From: Entomortierella parvispora E1425
Lineage: Eukaryota > Fungi > Mortierellomycota
DNA: 64,000 nucleotides
NCBI GenBank assembly: GCA_020891255.1
Contig: BQFW01000004.1
Location: 1,798,001-1,862,000, forward strand
Direction of reading: 5' to 3'
In this document: piece by piece, positions 34,719-46,311 of the stretch
Layout of the letters: every line of letters starts with the position of its first letter
How positions within the stretch are numbered: position 1 is the stretch's first letter
Notes under the pieces: model-generated
The model's database searches: none
The model's input: the letters and a program-made list of their open reading frames with translations, nothing else
Told to the model about the DNA's origin: nothing
Position numbers and translations under genes: made by a program

Positions 34719-37291
34719 ATGCATGTTCTCATCGTGGGTGGTGGAATCGGTGGCCTGATGCTCGGCTTGATGCTCGAGCGAGCCAATATCGACTATGAAA
34801 TCTTGGAGAGATCCCCAGAACAGCGCCCTCTCGGCAGTGCCATTTCCTTAGGCGGCACAGTCCTAAGGGTATTTGAACAACTAGGGTACGTCAGGATGAG
34901 ATGAACATCTGAGAGGACCAACCATGAGGAGTTTTTACTTCACGACAGTTGCTCGCACTCGACGAACGCCATAGATGGTTTCTAAAATGAGACACGCGCT
35001 TCCTTTTCCTTTTTTTTTCTTTTTTTTTCTGACTATTTAGTCTCCTTGAAGATATCGAGAGGATATCAAGACCTACAGCACGATTGGAACTTTTGAAAGA
35101 GGACCTAAGAGTCATGGGCCACCTTGATTTGAAGCACTTCCGAGAACGATATGGATACAGCAACGTGGTGATGGCTCGTCCGGACCTGCACGACGTCTTG
35201 GTAAATCGTATCCCAGCTGGGAAGCTCCACATGGGCAAACGTGTCCTATCCTCGACTCAGTCAGAAGACGGGGTGTTGGTCCGGTGTCAGGATGGCTCTT
35301 CGTATAGTGGTGATATCTGTGTAGGCTGCGATGGAGCGTACTCGTCCATTCGACAGCTACTCCACAAGAAGATGAAGGAAAATGGCGTACTTCCCAAATC
35401 AGATTCGAAACCACTCAAGTTTGATCAAAACTGTGTAGTCGGCATCACCAATGAACTCAGTCCGGAAAAGTACCCGGTGCTGAAAGGGGACTCTTGTACC
35501 CTGTATGGCATCATGGGAAAAGAAAAGCCATACATCGTAAGTCTTTTTTTTTTTGTTGTTTTTTTTTACAGCAGCTTTTTCATCTGACGGGATTGACGCT
35601 CATTTTACCGATGGGTAATTGAATTTATCACTAATGTGGCATATTCCTGTTTGTTGGGCTCCATAGATGTGGCTCGTTCCTGTTGTGGGCAACCGGTTCG
35701 CATGGAGTATCGGAGGTAGATTATTGGATTCAGAGATGGGGCAGGATAATGTGAGGAGTTTCTCGTTTGCAGAATGGTGGCCCGAGCTGTCGACCGAGGT
35801 CAGCGATCTGGTTCGGGACTATGCTTTACCAGAACTCTATGATTCCAGTCAGTCCACAAGCACAGGTGATGCTTCCTCGACCATGAGCGATACACATAGC
35901 TGTCATAGCAAAAGCGCTGCCAGCACAACGAGCTCGCGCTCGAGTGAAGCTGATGGCGCTGACTACCAAACCTCCTACTCCTCCACAACCACAACCACGA
36001 CGAAGGGCTCGTCGTTGTCCTCCTCAAATCCTCCAAAGCTTCTCCCCAGACGCAAACGACAGCCGCCACCGGCCAAACCAGGGACTGTGGCAGAGATCAT
36101 TGACGCGACGCCACAAGATCGGATCTCCAAGGTGATGCTGGAATCAAAGTTTTTCAAGGCCTGGTACTACGAACGAACCGTACTACTCGGAGACGCGTGT
36201 CACAAGGTGCTTCCTTTTGCAGGGTAAGGGATAAAACAAACTTGAGATACAACGGCCCTGTACTACGATTGGGGAATGTGCCTTATTAACCTTTCTAATG
36301 TCTCTTTGGTGACCCCTTTCTTTTTTTCAGGCAAGGAGCTGTTCAGGCCATATTGGACGGTATCTCGCTCGCGAATGCTCTGTACGATATGAAAACCAAC
36401 TCTATGGACCACATCACCAAGGCCTTCAAGCGGTATACCAGCGAACGTATGCCCATGTCTAAGAAGGCCGTCCTTGGATCTCAAACGTTTGGCAAAGTCC
36501 TCGATGTTCAAGGTCCCATCCCCGATTTCATTCGCAAATACTCTTTCAACCATGTTCCATCCTGGCTGCTAAGACTGAGCTCGGACAAGCTGCATCACCA
36601 TCGACCCCAGCTCACGTACCTGCCCATGGTACCAGACCGGGGAACGGCCGCTGCCCAAGTCCAGGAGTACTCTCCAAAATACTTGAAACGCCTGGAGGAA
36701 GATCGAAAGGCGTTTCAAAACCGACAGCATTCGCTATTTAGCGCGAAATCTGCACCGTCCTTGCCCATACCCGCCAAAACAAGCACAAAAACAACAATGT
36801 TGGACCACGAAACGAGGATGGTGGGACGTGCACTCGAGCCAGAATCAGAACACGTGGGAGATCGTCTCGTCGTTCATATCCACGAACCACGCAAAGCACA
36901 CCATTCCCCGTCTTCCTCCTCCAAACATCGATCGCGTTCCCTGGTGTCGCAAAGAAGCTTTGTGAACTTGAATCTGGACTCTGAAGTTCCTCCCCCCTTG
37001 CCAAAGGAGGCAGCGCCGCGTCATCACCCCGATATCTATATTCAACTTCATCCAGAATCAAAAGCAGGGGTGATGGTAGGTAACATTAGTGCCTCAGCCT
37101 CCACCGCCAGCTCACCTTGCTCCACCCCCACATCGTCAACTTTTTCGTTCACGGGACAGTCAACCCACCTGAGTGAAGACACAGCACGACAGCCAAGACC
37201 AAGGAGACGTACGCTGACTTTGCAAAATGGTAAACCTCAGCCCTACTCAAGGACCTCTTCCAGAGAGCCTGTCTATGCTGTAGCAATATAA
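34719..37291 (+). CDS. FAD-dependent monooxygenase (group A flavoprotein, salicylate hydroxylase/UbiH-like), 4 exons, with an S/T-rich insert and disordered C-terminal extension
   Basis: VLIVGGGIGGL (GxGxxG), VGCDGAYS (DG motif) and VLLGDACHKVLPFAG|QGAVQAILDG (GD motif). Confidence 0.92.
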
Positions 37292-38723
37292 AGAGTCGAC
37301 ATTAAAAAAGAAAAAACAGAACGGCACCACTTCTTTTGGTTGAGATCCAATATGTCATGAGGGACCTTGACGTAGGTCATTCAATTCACCCGCTCTGACG
37401 CGTCGATTTTGGGGGCAAAAAAAAAAAAAAAAAAAAAACACAACAAACTACTGCAAATCGGAGTGGAAATCAAACGGGTCCAAGTCTCACTTCCAACATC
37501 AACATCGCCGCGATCAATTGCTGCAACATTGATGCAACATTGCCACACGCGGGGAAAGGTGGGCAGAGAGAGGAGGTTGAAAGTTGTGCCGCGTTTGTGT
37601 GTGTGCGTGAGAATGTGGGTACCAATGCAGAAACGGTTTTTAGACCTTTGTTGTTGGGAGGGTGGGAAATGGGCTTTGTTGCCTTTTGCAATCAAAAAGA
37701 GAAACCAAATCTGCAACTCAAAAAAAAAAGCTTTAACAAACAAGGTGATTGATAAGTTACGGTTCCCCGCTGGAAGGGCAGTGTGTGGTGAGGAACCTCT
37801 TTCTCTCTCTGGCTCCCCGGCATGTGGTTAGGAAAAAGAAGGATGCAGTGGAAAAGATTGGCACGGCAGCCTGAGAGCCAGGTTCTCAAAACAAAAGAGA
37901 GCACTGGTAAATCTTTTGATCGGATCGACCCTGAGCACTGCTTGAAATGAAAGGGGGGGGAGAAAAGGGGGTCGTTTCCCGAGGGTGGGGGAGGAAATAC
38001 TGCCAGCCTCAATGTTGTTGCATCACCTTCGTCTTCGGCCCTGAGAGAGGGCTTGGAAGAGGGATCTTGTCTCCTCAGCCTGTTTGCCATGGGCCAGAAG
38101 GTCCAACCCCCGAGGACAGGGCAAGATAGAGGAGGCTCAAGTCAACAGCCTTGCTGCTTCTATTCTGTCCAGGCAGGTGCCGAGTAGATTGTGCCCTCCC
38201 ATTCCCGAGCAACATCATCATCGCCATCGCCTTCAGAAATTGTGTGGTAAATATAGAATCGGATTCCCGACAACTTTTTTATTTTATCTCTTGCTCGTAG
38301 CTCATTGCTCCGCAAGAAAGGGACCGGCGCATGGCAATCTTCTGTCTCTAATTTGCGCCCAGTCTCAACCCTCGGCTTTCGCCCTGCCTGTGCACGATTT
38401 CCCTGCCCTCTTGCTCTTTTCTCTTTCTTCCCTTCTTTTCTTTTCTTTCTCTGCATCCACTCCCATATCTTTCATTACTGCCCCGACACCATCTAATACC
38501 CTTGCCTGTTTATTGATCACAAAGCAACCCCTGTGGCACCAGCACCATCAGCCCTTTACACAAACAAAAGCACAGCTCACCTCCACATCGTCAACAATCA
38601 ATAACGGCAAATCCTGGGTCGCAAACCTTCACACGCAGCCTTGTTTACCTAAAACCAAGCATCACTCCCCTTCTCGCGTTTCCTTCTCCTCATCCCATAA
38701 AACTCCCCTGACTTTTTCACAAG

Positions 38724-40511
38724 ATGGTACAACTTACGCTGCCATTGCTCGACAACACAGACAACGAAAGTGGTAACGCCACGGATCCCAATTGCGATCC
38801 GTCTCAATCCATTTACAACAAAAAATACTGCATCAAAGATTTCCTGTTTTGCTCAGACGACAACCCATGCCCATCCAAGATCCCCTGTGTGGATCGAGTG
38901 TGCCAATGTCTGCCCAATACCAAACAATACATCACCCTGACACCTTTGCCCGTCCGCATGTACACCATCGGATGCAACTTCAACACGAAACGAGACACGG
39001 CCACATCCTGCCGCGATTACGAATACGGGGTCAGTGGCACCTGTCTGTTGAACTATTGTTCCAGTGAGGTGCCCTGTTACGCCGGCAACTGTGATAACAA
39101 GAACAATGTCTGTGTCAACATCACAAGTGCTCGCCAGACGTTGCCGACCAGCAACAATGCACCGATTACGCTGGGAGACGATCCGTTCGGGACGAACAAG
39201 GAAGGAATCAGTCCAATCTTGTTTGTGCTCATGATTTGTGGAGTCATCGTGGCTTTGGCCCTAGTGGGCTGCATTATCCGGACTACCATGCAATGGACAA
39301 AGTCCTCTGTTGCTTGGGCCTCTGGAAGCAAGAACAAAAACTCCGATTCTATGACGGATGAGAAGGACAATGAAGGCAACCCTTCCGCAGGTGCGGCAGC
39401 GAAGGGACCGCGTGAGATGTTGCAGGACGAAGAGGGTGATGGAAATGCACCAGCGATCGTCAGGGTGCCCTCCAAATTCACGGGTCGACACTACTTGCCC
39501 TCACCACCCGTCATGTTCTCGAATGAGATCTCTCCCTTTTCCTCTCCTTTGCCGTCGCCCCGATTCTCGCCATACTCGCAACCAAACCAGAGTCAAGTCA
39601 GCAGCAATCACTCTCTCATGAACCCTTTCCGTCAACCAGCGAACCCGCCCTCGGAAGATGCCTCGACAGCAAGGTCTATCGAATTGAACGATAGAAGCCG
39701 TCCTTCTACCAGCTCTAATGGATCTACGCACGACGCGGCTCATATACCCGGGAACGAGAGCAGCATCCAAGGACCCGAGATTTTAAACGGCGGTACTGAT
39801 CTTCGGATAGCCCGGTCCCAGACTCTCTCACGCGATTTTACCACCACACCAACTGCACTCATGCCACCAGCGAACCGGCGGATAGGAGGAGGACCTACGA
39901 CCCTTCAAAAGAGTTCGTCCATGTTGCAGTTGGGATCAAGGCCTGCCCCTCCACCTCCCTCACCCTTATTGCACAAATCGCGGTCTAATCTGAGCTCAGC
40001 TCCGCGATTCCCAGTCTCGGCGCCACTTCCCTCTATTCCAGGCGACTCACAACAGCATCAGCCGCCACAGCACCAACTTTCGCGGTCATCGACAGTGATC
40101 ACTTCTGCGGGTCTTCAAGGGCCTTCGCCCTCGCTGGACTCCATCATTGGATTCTCGACAAACAGCAACAGCACAGGCGGTGGTGGTGACCAGGAGCAAA
40201 AGCATCACAACACCAGTGCAGATTTAACATCTGTGGTGTTAGACTCTTCGAGCTCCTTGAGTCCTTCGTTGCACTCGATCACAAGTGTTGGTGGTGGTCC
40301 TTCGATGCCTATGCTCCACTCTGCTGAAAGGCATCCTTCGCTTACTGTGCCAGCTAGGCACTCGATGTTGAAACACAGTGCGTCCGTGCCCCAGATGATG
40401 TATGCATCGTCTTCACCGGTACCTGTACTGGGAGGTCCTACTAGCCGCAATTTGCCCGCTGGGTTCGCTTCGTCTCCCATCGCCAACTCGGAGGAGCGTT
40501 TCCGGTCTTAA
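38724..40511 (+). CDS. Single-pass membrane protein: 14-Cys N-terminal domain, TM helix and long S/P-rich tail (595 aa, intronless)
   Basis: 595-codon ORF. Cys spacing C-x5-C-x5-C-x4-C (CSDDNPCPSKIPCVDRVC) recurs in similar form (CSSEVPCYAGNCDNKNNVC). TM helix ILFVLMICGVIVALALVGCII. Confidence 0.8.
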   Translation: MVQLTLPLLDNTDNESGNATDPNCDPSQSIYNKKYCIKDFLFCSDDNPCPSKIPCVDRVCQCLPNTKQYITLTPLPVRMYTIGCNFNTKRDTATSCRDYEYGVSGTCLLNYCSSEVPCYAGNCDNKNNVCVNITSARQTLPTSNNAPITLGDDPFGTNKEGISPILFVLMICGVIVALALVGCIIRTTMQWTKSSVAWASGSKNKNSDSMTDEKDNEGNPSAGAAAKGPREMLQDEEGDGNAPAIVRVPSKFTGRHYLPSPPVMFSNEISPFSSPLPSPRFSPYSQPNQSQVSSNHSLMNPFRQPANPPSEDASTARSIELNDRSRPSTSSNGSTHDAAHIPGNESSIQGPEILNGGTDLRIARSQTLSRDFTTTPTALMPPANRRIGGGPTTLQKSSSMLQLGSRPAPPPPSPLLHKSRSNLSSAPRFPVSAPLPSIPGDSQQHQPPQHQLSRSSTVITSAGLQGPSPSLDSIIGFSTNSNSTGGGGDQEQKHHNTSADLTSVVLDSSSSLSPSLHSITSVGGGPSMPMLHSAERHPSLTVPARHSMLKHSASVPQMMYASSSPVPVLGGPTSRNLPAGFASSPIANSEERFRS

Positions 40512-40616
40512 TCCATGATCTTAATCCATCCTCCTTCTCCTCTCCCACTTTCCAACTTTACCAACATCCGCGTCCCATCTTCCCTTCCTCTCCCAATAAT
40601 TACCTACAATAAACAT

Positions 40617-42731
40617 TTAATATTCTTTGAATGAGCAACTAAACTTGATACCAGGTCGGAGCTGCTTCAAGGTATAACATCCAAGGGCCATCTGATGATC
40701 CATGCTGTGACCCTTACTATCCTTCACCTGTCCAAAAGTAAAGTTTATCTCCTGCATCCTCGACCAAGTTTGTTGTCCTTGCACCATGATGAGAGGTGAT
40801 GTTGGTAGCAATTGCGATGGCAACGACGGCAACGACGATAATGACGATAATGATGACAACGACGACGATGATGACGACGATGACGACGACGAAACTGTAG
40901 GTGTCTCTAGTGAAACTCCTGTCCATCCTGTCAAGGTTTCTGGAGGTTGAAGTCGAAACAGTTGGGCTTCAAGACACGCCTCAATGTCGAAATAGTTCCC
41001 ACAAAACTCGAAGTCTTGAAGACCGTCGACCATGGGAACCACTCTTGTAAAATCATCACGGTATCGATTCTGCTTCTGTTGCTCTTGACGCCTATCCCTT
41101 GCGGCAGCTGACACACTATCCGAGACGGTGAGGGATCGAATCCCCTGCAGAGCGCTCTCCAGAGAACTAACCATCCACTGGGGAGTGGGAGACCTTGCTT
41201 CGTCGAGGGATTGAGTCATCATCCATACAAACTGGGACTTGTCAAATTCGAGCTGACCATAGGAAAAGGACAGTTCTGTATGAATTGAGAGGCGCTCCAG
41301 AAATTGAAGACGTGTCAAAAGACATAATCCACTGTCCAAATCGAATGCCTGGCATTGGCTCATTGACAACGACAAGTCCTCTAGTTGAGGACAGACCCGA
41401 CTGATATACCCAAAGACATGACCACTCCAGACCATTGGCCTGGAGCCAAGTCGCATGGACAACGTCTTTAACCCACGACAGGCCCAAAATTTCGTATTGT
41501 CATCTAGGTCCCACATCACTTCCGAGGACCAAATAGTCCTACCCGCTTTCAAGTGCTGCAATTGTGGCGACGCGCAAAGGTATCGGTGCAGTAATCGGTC
41601 TCGAATTGGGTCAAAGTCCTCCGGTGCACTGACCTGCCTCTGATTATACAGCTCGAGGGACGTCAACATATCCTTGGCTCTTTGGAATGCCAGACGACTC
41701 AACATTGAGCCGGCAACGGCACGTCGGCAGTCGATACCAAGGGAGGTGACACGTGGGAAGAGGTCTAAAGGGATATGGTTCTTTTCTTCAATGCGATGGT
41801 GAAAATGAATCGTATCCAACAGCACACAGTGTTCAGAAAGTTGTTTCCAAAATTCTCTAACCACCTCCTGATTTGTAAAGACATCCACGGCGCCCCAAAC
41901 GGGCGAAGAAGGCATGGCGTCATAAATGAACTCTCGTAGGTTTTTTAGATGAGGCAATAAGCGTATTAGGGCATGGAGGGTGAATTTCGCATTGTCGAGA
42001 CGCAAAGACTTCAACTGGTGTTCAGCAAGTTCGTTGTGTACTACAGCGCTGTCATAGATGGGTCCAACGAGATAATGAGCATGATGACACGTTTGGTTGT
42101 AAGATATCGAAAAATAACAGAGACTTGGGCAGAAGCCCAAGATTTCCTTGGAAACAACAAAGTGATCTCCATTTGGCAAATCAATCGAGAGTCTCGTCAG
42201 GGTCGATGGATTGAACCATCCAAGAATTGTAAGGTGATCCGACCACCAGTGTTGCAGATTCAGGTTGAGAGCTTGGATCCTGAGTCGCGTCCTCCTTGGG
42301 AAGCTGGCGCCGTTATTGCTGTTTTGGTTCTTGGTGGGATTGGCATCCCCATTTTCCTCTTGGGGACCTTTGGTGATATTTGACAAGGCTTGGGCCAGGA
42401 GTGCGCTTGTCTCTTCCCATTTTGTTACCTTCAAGAGATTGTCCGTTGGAAGGTATTGATACGATGACCGCCCAGCACTGTCAGCAAGGGTTAATTCGTC
42501 GGCCCAGGACAATCTTTTTTCGAAATGCTTCCAGGAGCTTCTGCGGCTGTCCAACAGTAGGTGATAATGGATTCGTCCGGTGGCGACCTGATACCATTGG
42601 CGATTGACGAACGAGGCGGTGTGTTTGAGCGAGTATTGACTTAGGAAGGAGAAGATGCGATCCAGAGTCTCGTCGATCTCAAGTGGAGAAGACCTGGCTG
42701 ACCTCGTAGACATACGAAGCGTGGTTGACAT
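40617..42731 (-). CDS. F-box / RNI-like protein (intronless, ~704 aa)
   Basis: F-box-like SPLEIDETLDRIFSFLSQYSLKHTASFVNRQW, LxxLxL repeats and the WACRGLKTLSM motif. Confidence 0.82.
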   Translation of the reverse strand: MSTTLRMSTRSARSSPLEIDETLDRIFSFLSQYSLKHTASFVNRQWYQVATGRIHYHLLLDSRRSSWKHFEKRLSWADELTLADSAGRSSYQYLPTDNLLKVTKWEETSALLAQALSNITKGPQEENGDANPTKNQNSNNGASFPRRTRLRIQALNLNLQHWWSDHLTILGWFNPSTLTRLSIDLPNGDHFVVSKEILGFCPSLCYFSISYNQTCHHAHYLVGPIYDSAVVHNELAEHQLKSLRLDNAKFTLHALIRLLPHLKNLREFIYDAMPSSPVWGAVDVFTNQEVVREFWKQLSEHCVLLDTIHFHHRIEEKNHIPLDLFPRVTSLGIDCRRAVAGSMLSRLAFQRAKDMLTSLELYNQRQVSAPEDFDPIRDRLLHRYLCASPQLQHLKAGRTIWSSEVMWDLDDNTKFWACRGLKTLSMRLGSRPMVWSGHVFGYISRVCPQLEDLSLSMSQCQAFDLDSGLCLLTRLQFLERLSIHTELSFSYGQLEFDKSQFVWMMTQSLDEARSPTPQWMVSSLESALQGIRSLTVSDSVSAAARDRRQEQQKQNRYRDDFTRVVPMVDGLQDFEFCGNYFDIEACLEAQLFRLQPPETLTGWTGVSLETPTVSSSSSSSSSSSLSSLSSLSSLPSLPSQLLPTSPLIMVQGQQTWSRMQEINFTFGQVKDSKGHSMDHQMALGCYTLKQLRPGIKFSCSFKEY

Positions 42732-43211
42732 GCGGAGAAAAGGGAAAAGGTGAAGAGGAAAGAAAGAGAAAAAGGGCAAAGAGAAGATAGGGGAGGACAA
42801 AAAAAAAGATCATTAAAAAGCACTGCCGCCCCTAGCTATCTCCTTTCTCTGCAAGTGACGCTTTTGTCTTTCACGTTTGCATAAAAAAAAGGCCTGTCTC
42901 CTCACTGCAGAAGCAAAGAAAGGATGTCTCTGCATTCTACGCGCGCGTTTGTTCCTCATGAACCGTTCATGAACGTTCATGAATGCATCTCGTTTTTTTA
43001 TTTTCTGCAGACGCGTCTGCGCCTCGTTATGATTGGCAGTCCAGTCGAGAAGAACGAAAGAACGTCTGAAAGGGGACAGCGAAGATTCTCTTTTCCCCCC
43101 ATTCCCTCATTTCCGCCATTCCCTTCTTCTTGCCTGTCGCTCTGCTTTCCTTTCATTCTCCCCTCTCCTTTCTCTCTTTTCTTCGCTGTTGTCACATTCC
43201 TCATTGGCATC

Positions 43212-44553
43212 ATGTCTCTCAAGGCCACCGCAAAGGAATTCGTGCCATCCTTCGGAATCCAAGCACCTTCCTCTTCTGCCGCAGGATTGGCACCTGGAAG
43301 ACCTGTTGCCGCTATCGGGACGACACCTGCGACTGTTGACGCTGTTGACAACAGCACACGGACCCGATCCACCAAACCCGTCACTGCTTTGAAGGGACTT
43401 CACCTCGAACAACACCCCCAACCACAAATGCAACAGCAGCACCGCCCGCAACAGCAACACGGTACTCTTTCAAAGGGGGAACCTACTCAGAAGAAACAAT
43501 ATCCAACATCTGCGGGCACATCGAAACATGATCGGATACCAGGAAAGGATGCTACTGCCCATTCAAAACGAGGACAGAGATCTCAACAGCAGCAGCAATC
43601 ACACCCGCCTAATCCAAGACAGCAACAGGATCAGATCGGGAAACAGCCGTCAACATCGCACGAACCTTTTCAATCCAGATCTCAACAGAATCGTCCTTCT
43701 GGCACACGAAAGGAAAGATCTTCGGAAGAAAAAAGCTTCCCTAGTCATGATCGGTCAAAGTCAACAGTGGCATCGACAACCACTGCAACCGGACCGAGCA
43801 GCACTGCAGGAACTACATCAGGATCAGGGAATACCTCTACAACCGCATCCAGGCGTTCAGGATCAGCTTCAACCAAGGGAGCTGCGCGGAAAGGATCGCT
43901 CGATCTAACAGGAACTAGACAATCAGGCCAAAATTCTTCCACCACCACCGCAGCAGCATCTTCATCCTCCCCATCAGCCGCAGCCTCATCTACATCGAGC
44001 GTCATTCCCGGGATGGAGCCTACTGCTTTTATTTGTTTAACGGACGTGATCCAACCTGTCCGACATGTCGTGAAAGATGGCGTCTCGACCATGGAGCAAG
44101 GGTCAGACGCATATTTAGATTGGGTATGAGGGCGGATCGGTTGAAAGACCAAGCATGTCCCTTTGATTTGAGAGTACAGTTTGACTGACACAGATATACT
44201 CGACAAACTGATACTGGACCATAGGTTATACGGTCTCTCAAGGAACATGAGGAGATTACTTTGATTGGAATGGACGCTGCCATACCTGATATCATTTCCC
44301 TTGTTCTGAGGGCAGGAAAACAGGGAATAGGATACCAAGGTAACAAACATGTGCATGGACGATTTTCATGCAGCTGAGTTAATTCCTGATCCTAACGACG
44401 CAAACATTTACCCGGTTTATCCGAACCATGACAATAGAAGTGCGGACGTTCACGACACAAGATGGTCTTGGAGGCAACAAGAGTTGTCTCCAGTTCAGAA
44501 TACAAAGAGGTCAAGGCTATATCGCTTTGGAGAAACGTCCTCCGCGGTCATAG
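43212..44553 (+). CDS. PAM2-motif protein with a C-terminal Alba-like domain (3 exons: 43212-44123, 44225-44339, 44438-44553; 380 aa)
   Basis: N-terminus MSLKATAKEFVPSFG (PAM2-like). Spliced C-terminus DAYLDWVIRSLKEHEEITLIGMDAAIPDIISLVLRAGKQGIGYQEVRTFTTQDGLGGNKSCLQFRIQRG. Exons sum to 1143 nt, in frame. Confidence 0.78.
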
Positions 44554-44695
44554 AAATAAAAAAAAAAAGAAATCTCTCTATCCCGCCTGCACAGTTGTCC
44601 GCTGCTCTTTTGAAATGTGATTCTGTGGTGTGCAAAGATTCTGTATTGTACAATGCTGGCTGCTCGTCTATATGCTTTTGTGAGTCCTGATAAAA

Positions 44696-45645
44696 TTACA
44701 TGATGGCCTCCTTTCCGAAAGCCCAGATGGCAGCAATAGCCGCGCAAACTCCTCCTGCAGATCCAGCGGCACGAAGACCGGCTGTAGTGAACAAGAATAA
44801 TAAAAAGAGGCAAGGAAATAAGCGGTTAGACCCCATCCTATTGTATCACTATCCCCACACTCCATTCATAATACAACATGACAGATCAACTATCTTACCA
44901 GTGGACTTGAAAACGGCACCAGTCACGGCACCGGCAGCAACAGAGTTCCAAGGATCATAAGTGCCGCGTGCTCTACCAATAGCTCCATTCACACCGTTGT
45001 ACATCAAGGCTACATTTTGTTTCAATATAGAATAGAAGTCCAACGGTCAGTTCAGTTTCATATTAAACGAGCATATCCTGATACTCTCGGGGTAGAAATA
45101 AAGGAGGTTTCCTTACCAAGAATGGCAGCAGAGTTGCCGATGAAAGGTCCACGACGAGTCATCGAGTTCAAGACAGTGTTGAGACGGACCTTGAGGGCAG
45201 GGCTTGGTGAGGAGCGAAGACCCTCGTAGAATCCAAAGGCACCTCCAGCACTCAAAGCTAAGACGATGAGAAGGCAAGAGGAACGAGGATGAGTTCAGAC
45301 GGCCCTCTTCATATTTGGACGCTGATCTGGCCATCTTTTTACAAAAAGAAAAAGAAACTTACCACTGACATAGGCCACACCGGTACCGTAGAGAAGATCA
45401 TCAGACCAGCCTCTGCTGGGGATGATACCTCCGTTGGAGCCAGTGATGCCATCCATATCATCGTCATCCAAAGAGATGTAGTCGAGACCACCACCAAGGC
45501 CAGCCAAGGGGTGGAGTCTAGTGGGGTCGTATGCGGTGTTGGAGAGGAAAGAGCTGACGGTATCGCTGGGGTTGAAGTCCTCCTGGCTAGTGTAGATGGG
45601 CTCGAAGGAAGTCTCCTCGTCCTCGATGTTGGAATGCGACGACAT
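44696..45645 (-). CDS. TIM23: Mitochondrial inner-membrane translocase Tim23, multi-exon
   Basis: YDPTRLHPLAGL, IIPSRGWSDDLLYGTGVAY, KVRLNTVLNSMTRRGPFIGNSAAIL and DPWNSVAAGAVTGAVFKST|AGLRA. Confidence 0.95.
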
Positions 45646-46311
45646 GGCGGTTGTGTTGTTGAGAATGGATGTGGGGATGGATGTCGAGGTCGAGTGACTG
45701 AGTGGCGAACTGGGCTGATCAACTCTGGTTGTTCCTGGAGACCTTTCGGGGGAGAGCGAGGGTGTCCAGCGGAGGAGGAGGAAGGAAGGGGTGGGGAAGG
45801 AAAGAAGGGAGGGAAGGGAAGAGAAAGAGAGAGAGAGGGAAAAGAGTCAACGGAACACACTCGACTCAGGCACCGCTCGCTCACACTCACTTTGTCTCCG
45901 CACCGAAAAGAAGCCTTCGGAAGGAGCAGATCGAGGCCAGCGAGGATTCGCCAAATTGGACGTATCGCAGTCACTCTGCCTTTTTTTTGTTATTGTCACG
46001 TACAGTTCACCTTTTTTGTGATGTACGTCCATTCTGCAAAGTGTCGGCATCACATGACCGCCGATCTTCGTTCGGCCCGCCGCCCGTGGACCGGACGCAT
46101 TGGCTGGCTTCTGCTGGTTCACTCTCAAACTCACTCTCCCCGCGTGTCAACGTTCGTTTTCTGTCATCGGCTCCCCTTCTTGCTTCTTCCGCCTCTTCAT
46201 TCTTTCTTGACTCTCATCTCTGCTTCCCCCGACCCGCCTTTGTTGCACCACCTTCACCTTCTCTCATCTCTCATCCTTCCCAGTCAAAGACCCGGCATCT
46301 TCTCCCATTCC

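Noticed and set aside
38084-38776. 230-aa ORF upstream of the Cys-rich membrane gene
   Set aside because: Composition reflects a pyrimidine-rich leader or intron; no domain pattern, and it overlaps the downstream gene out of frame.
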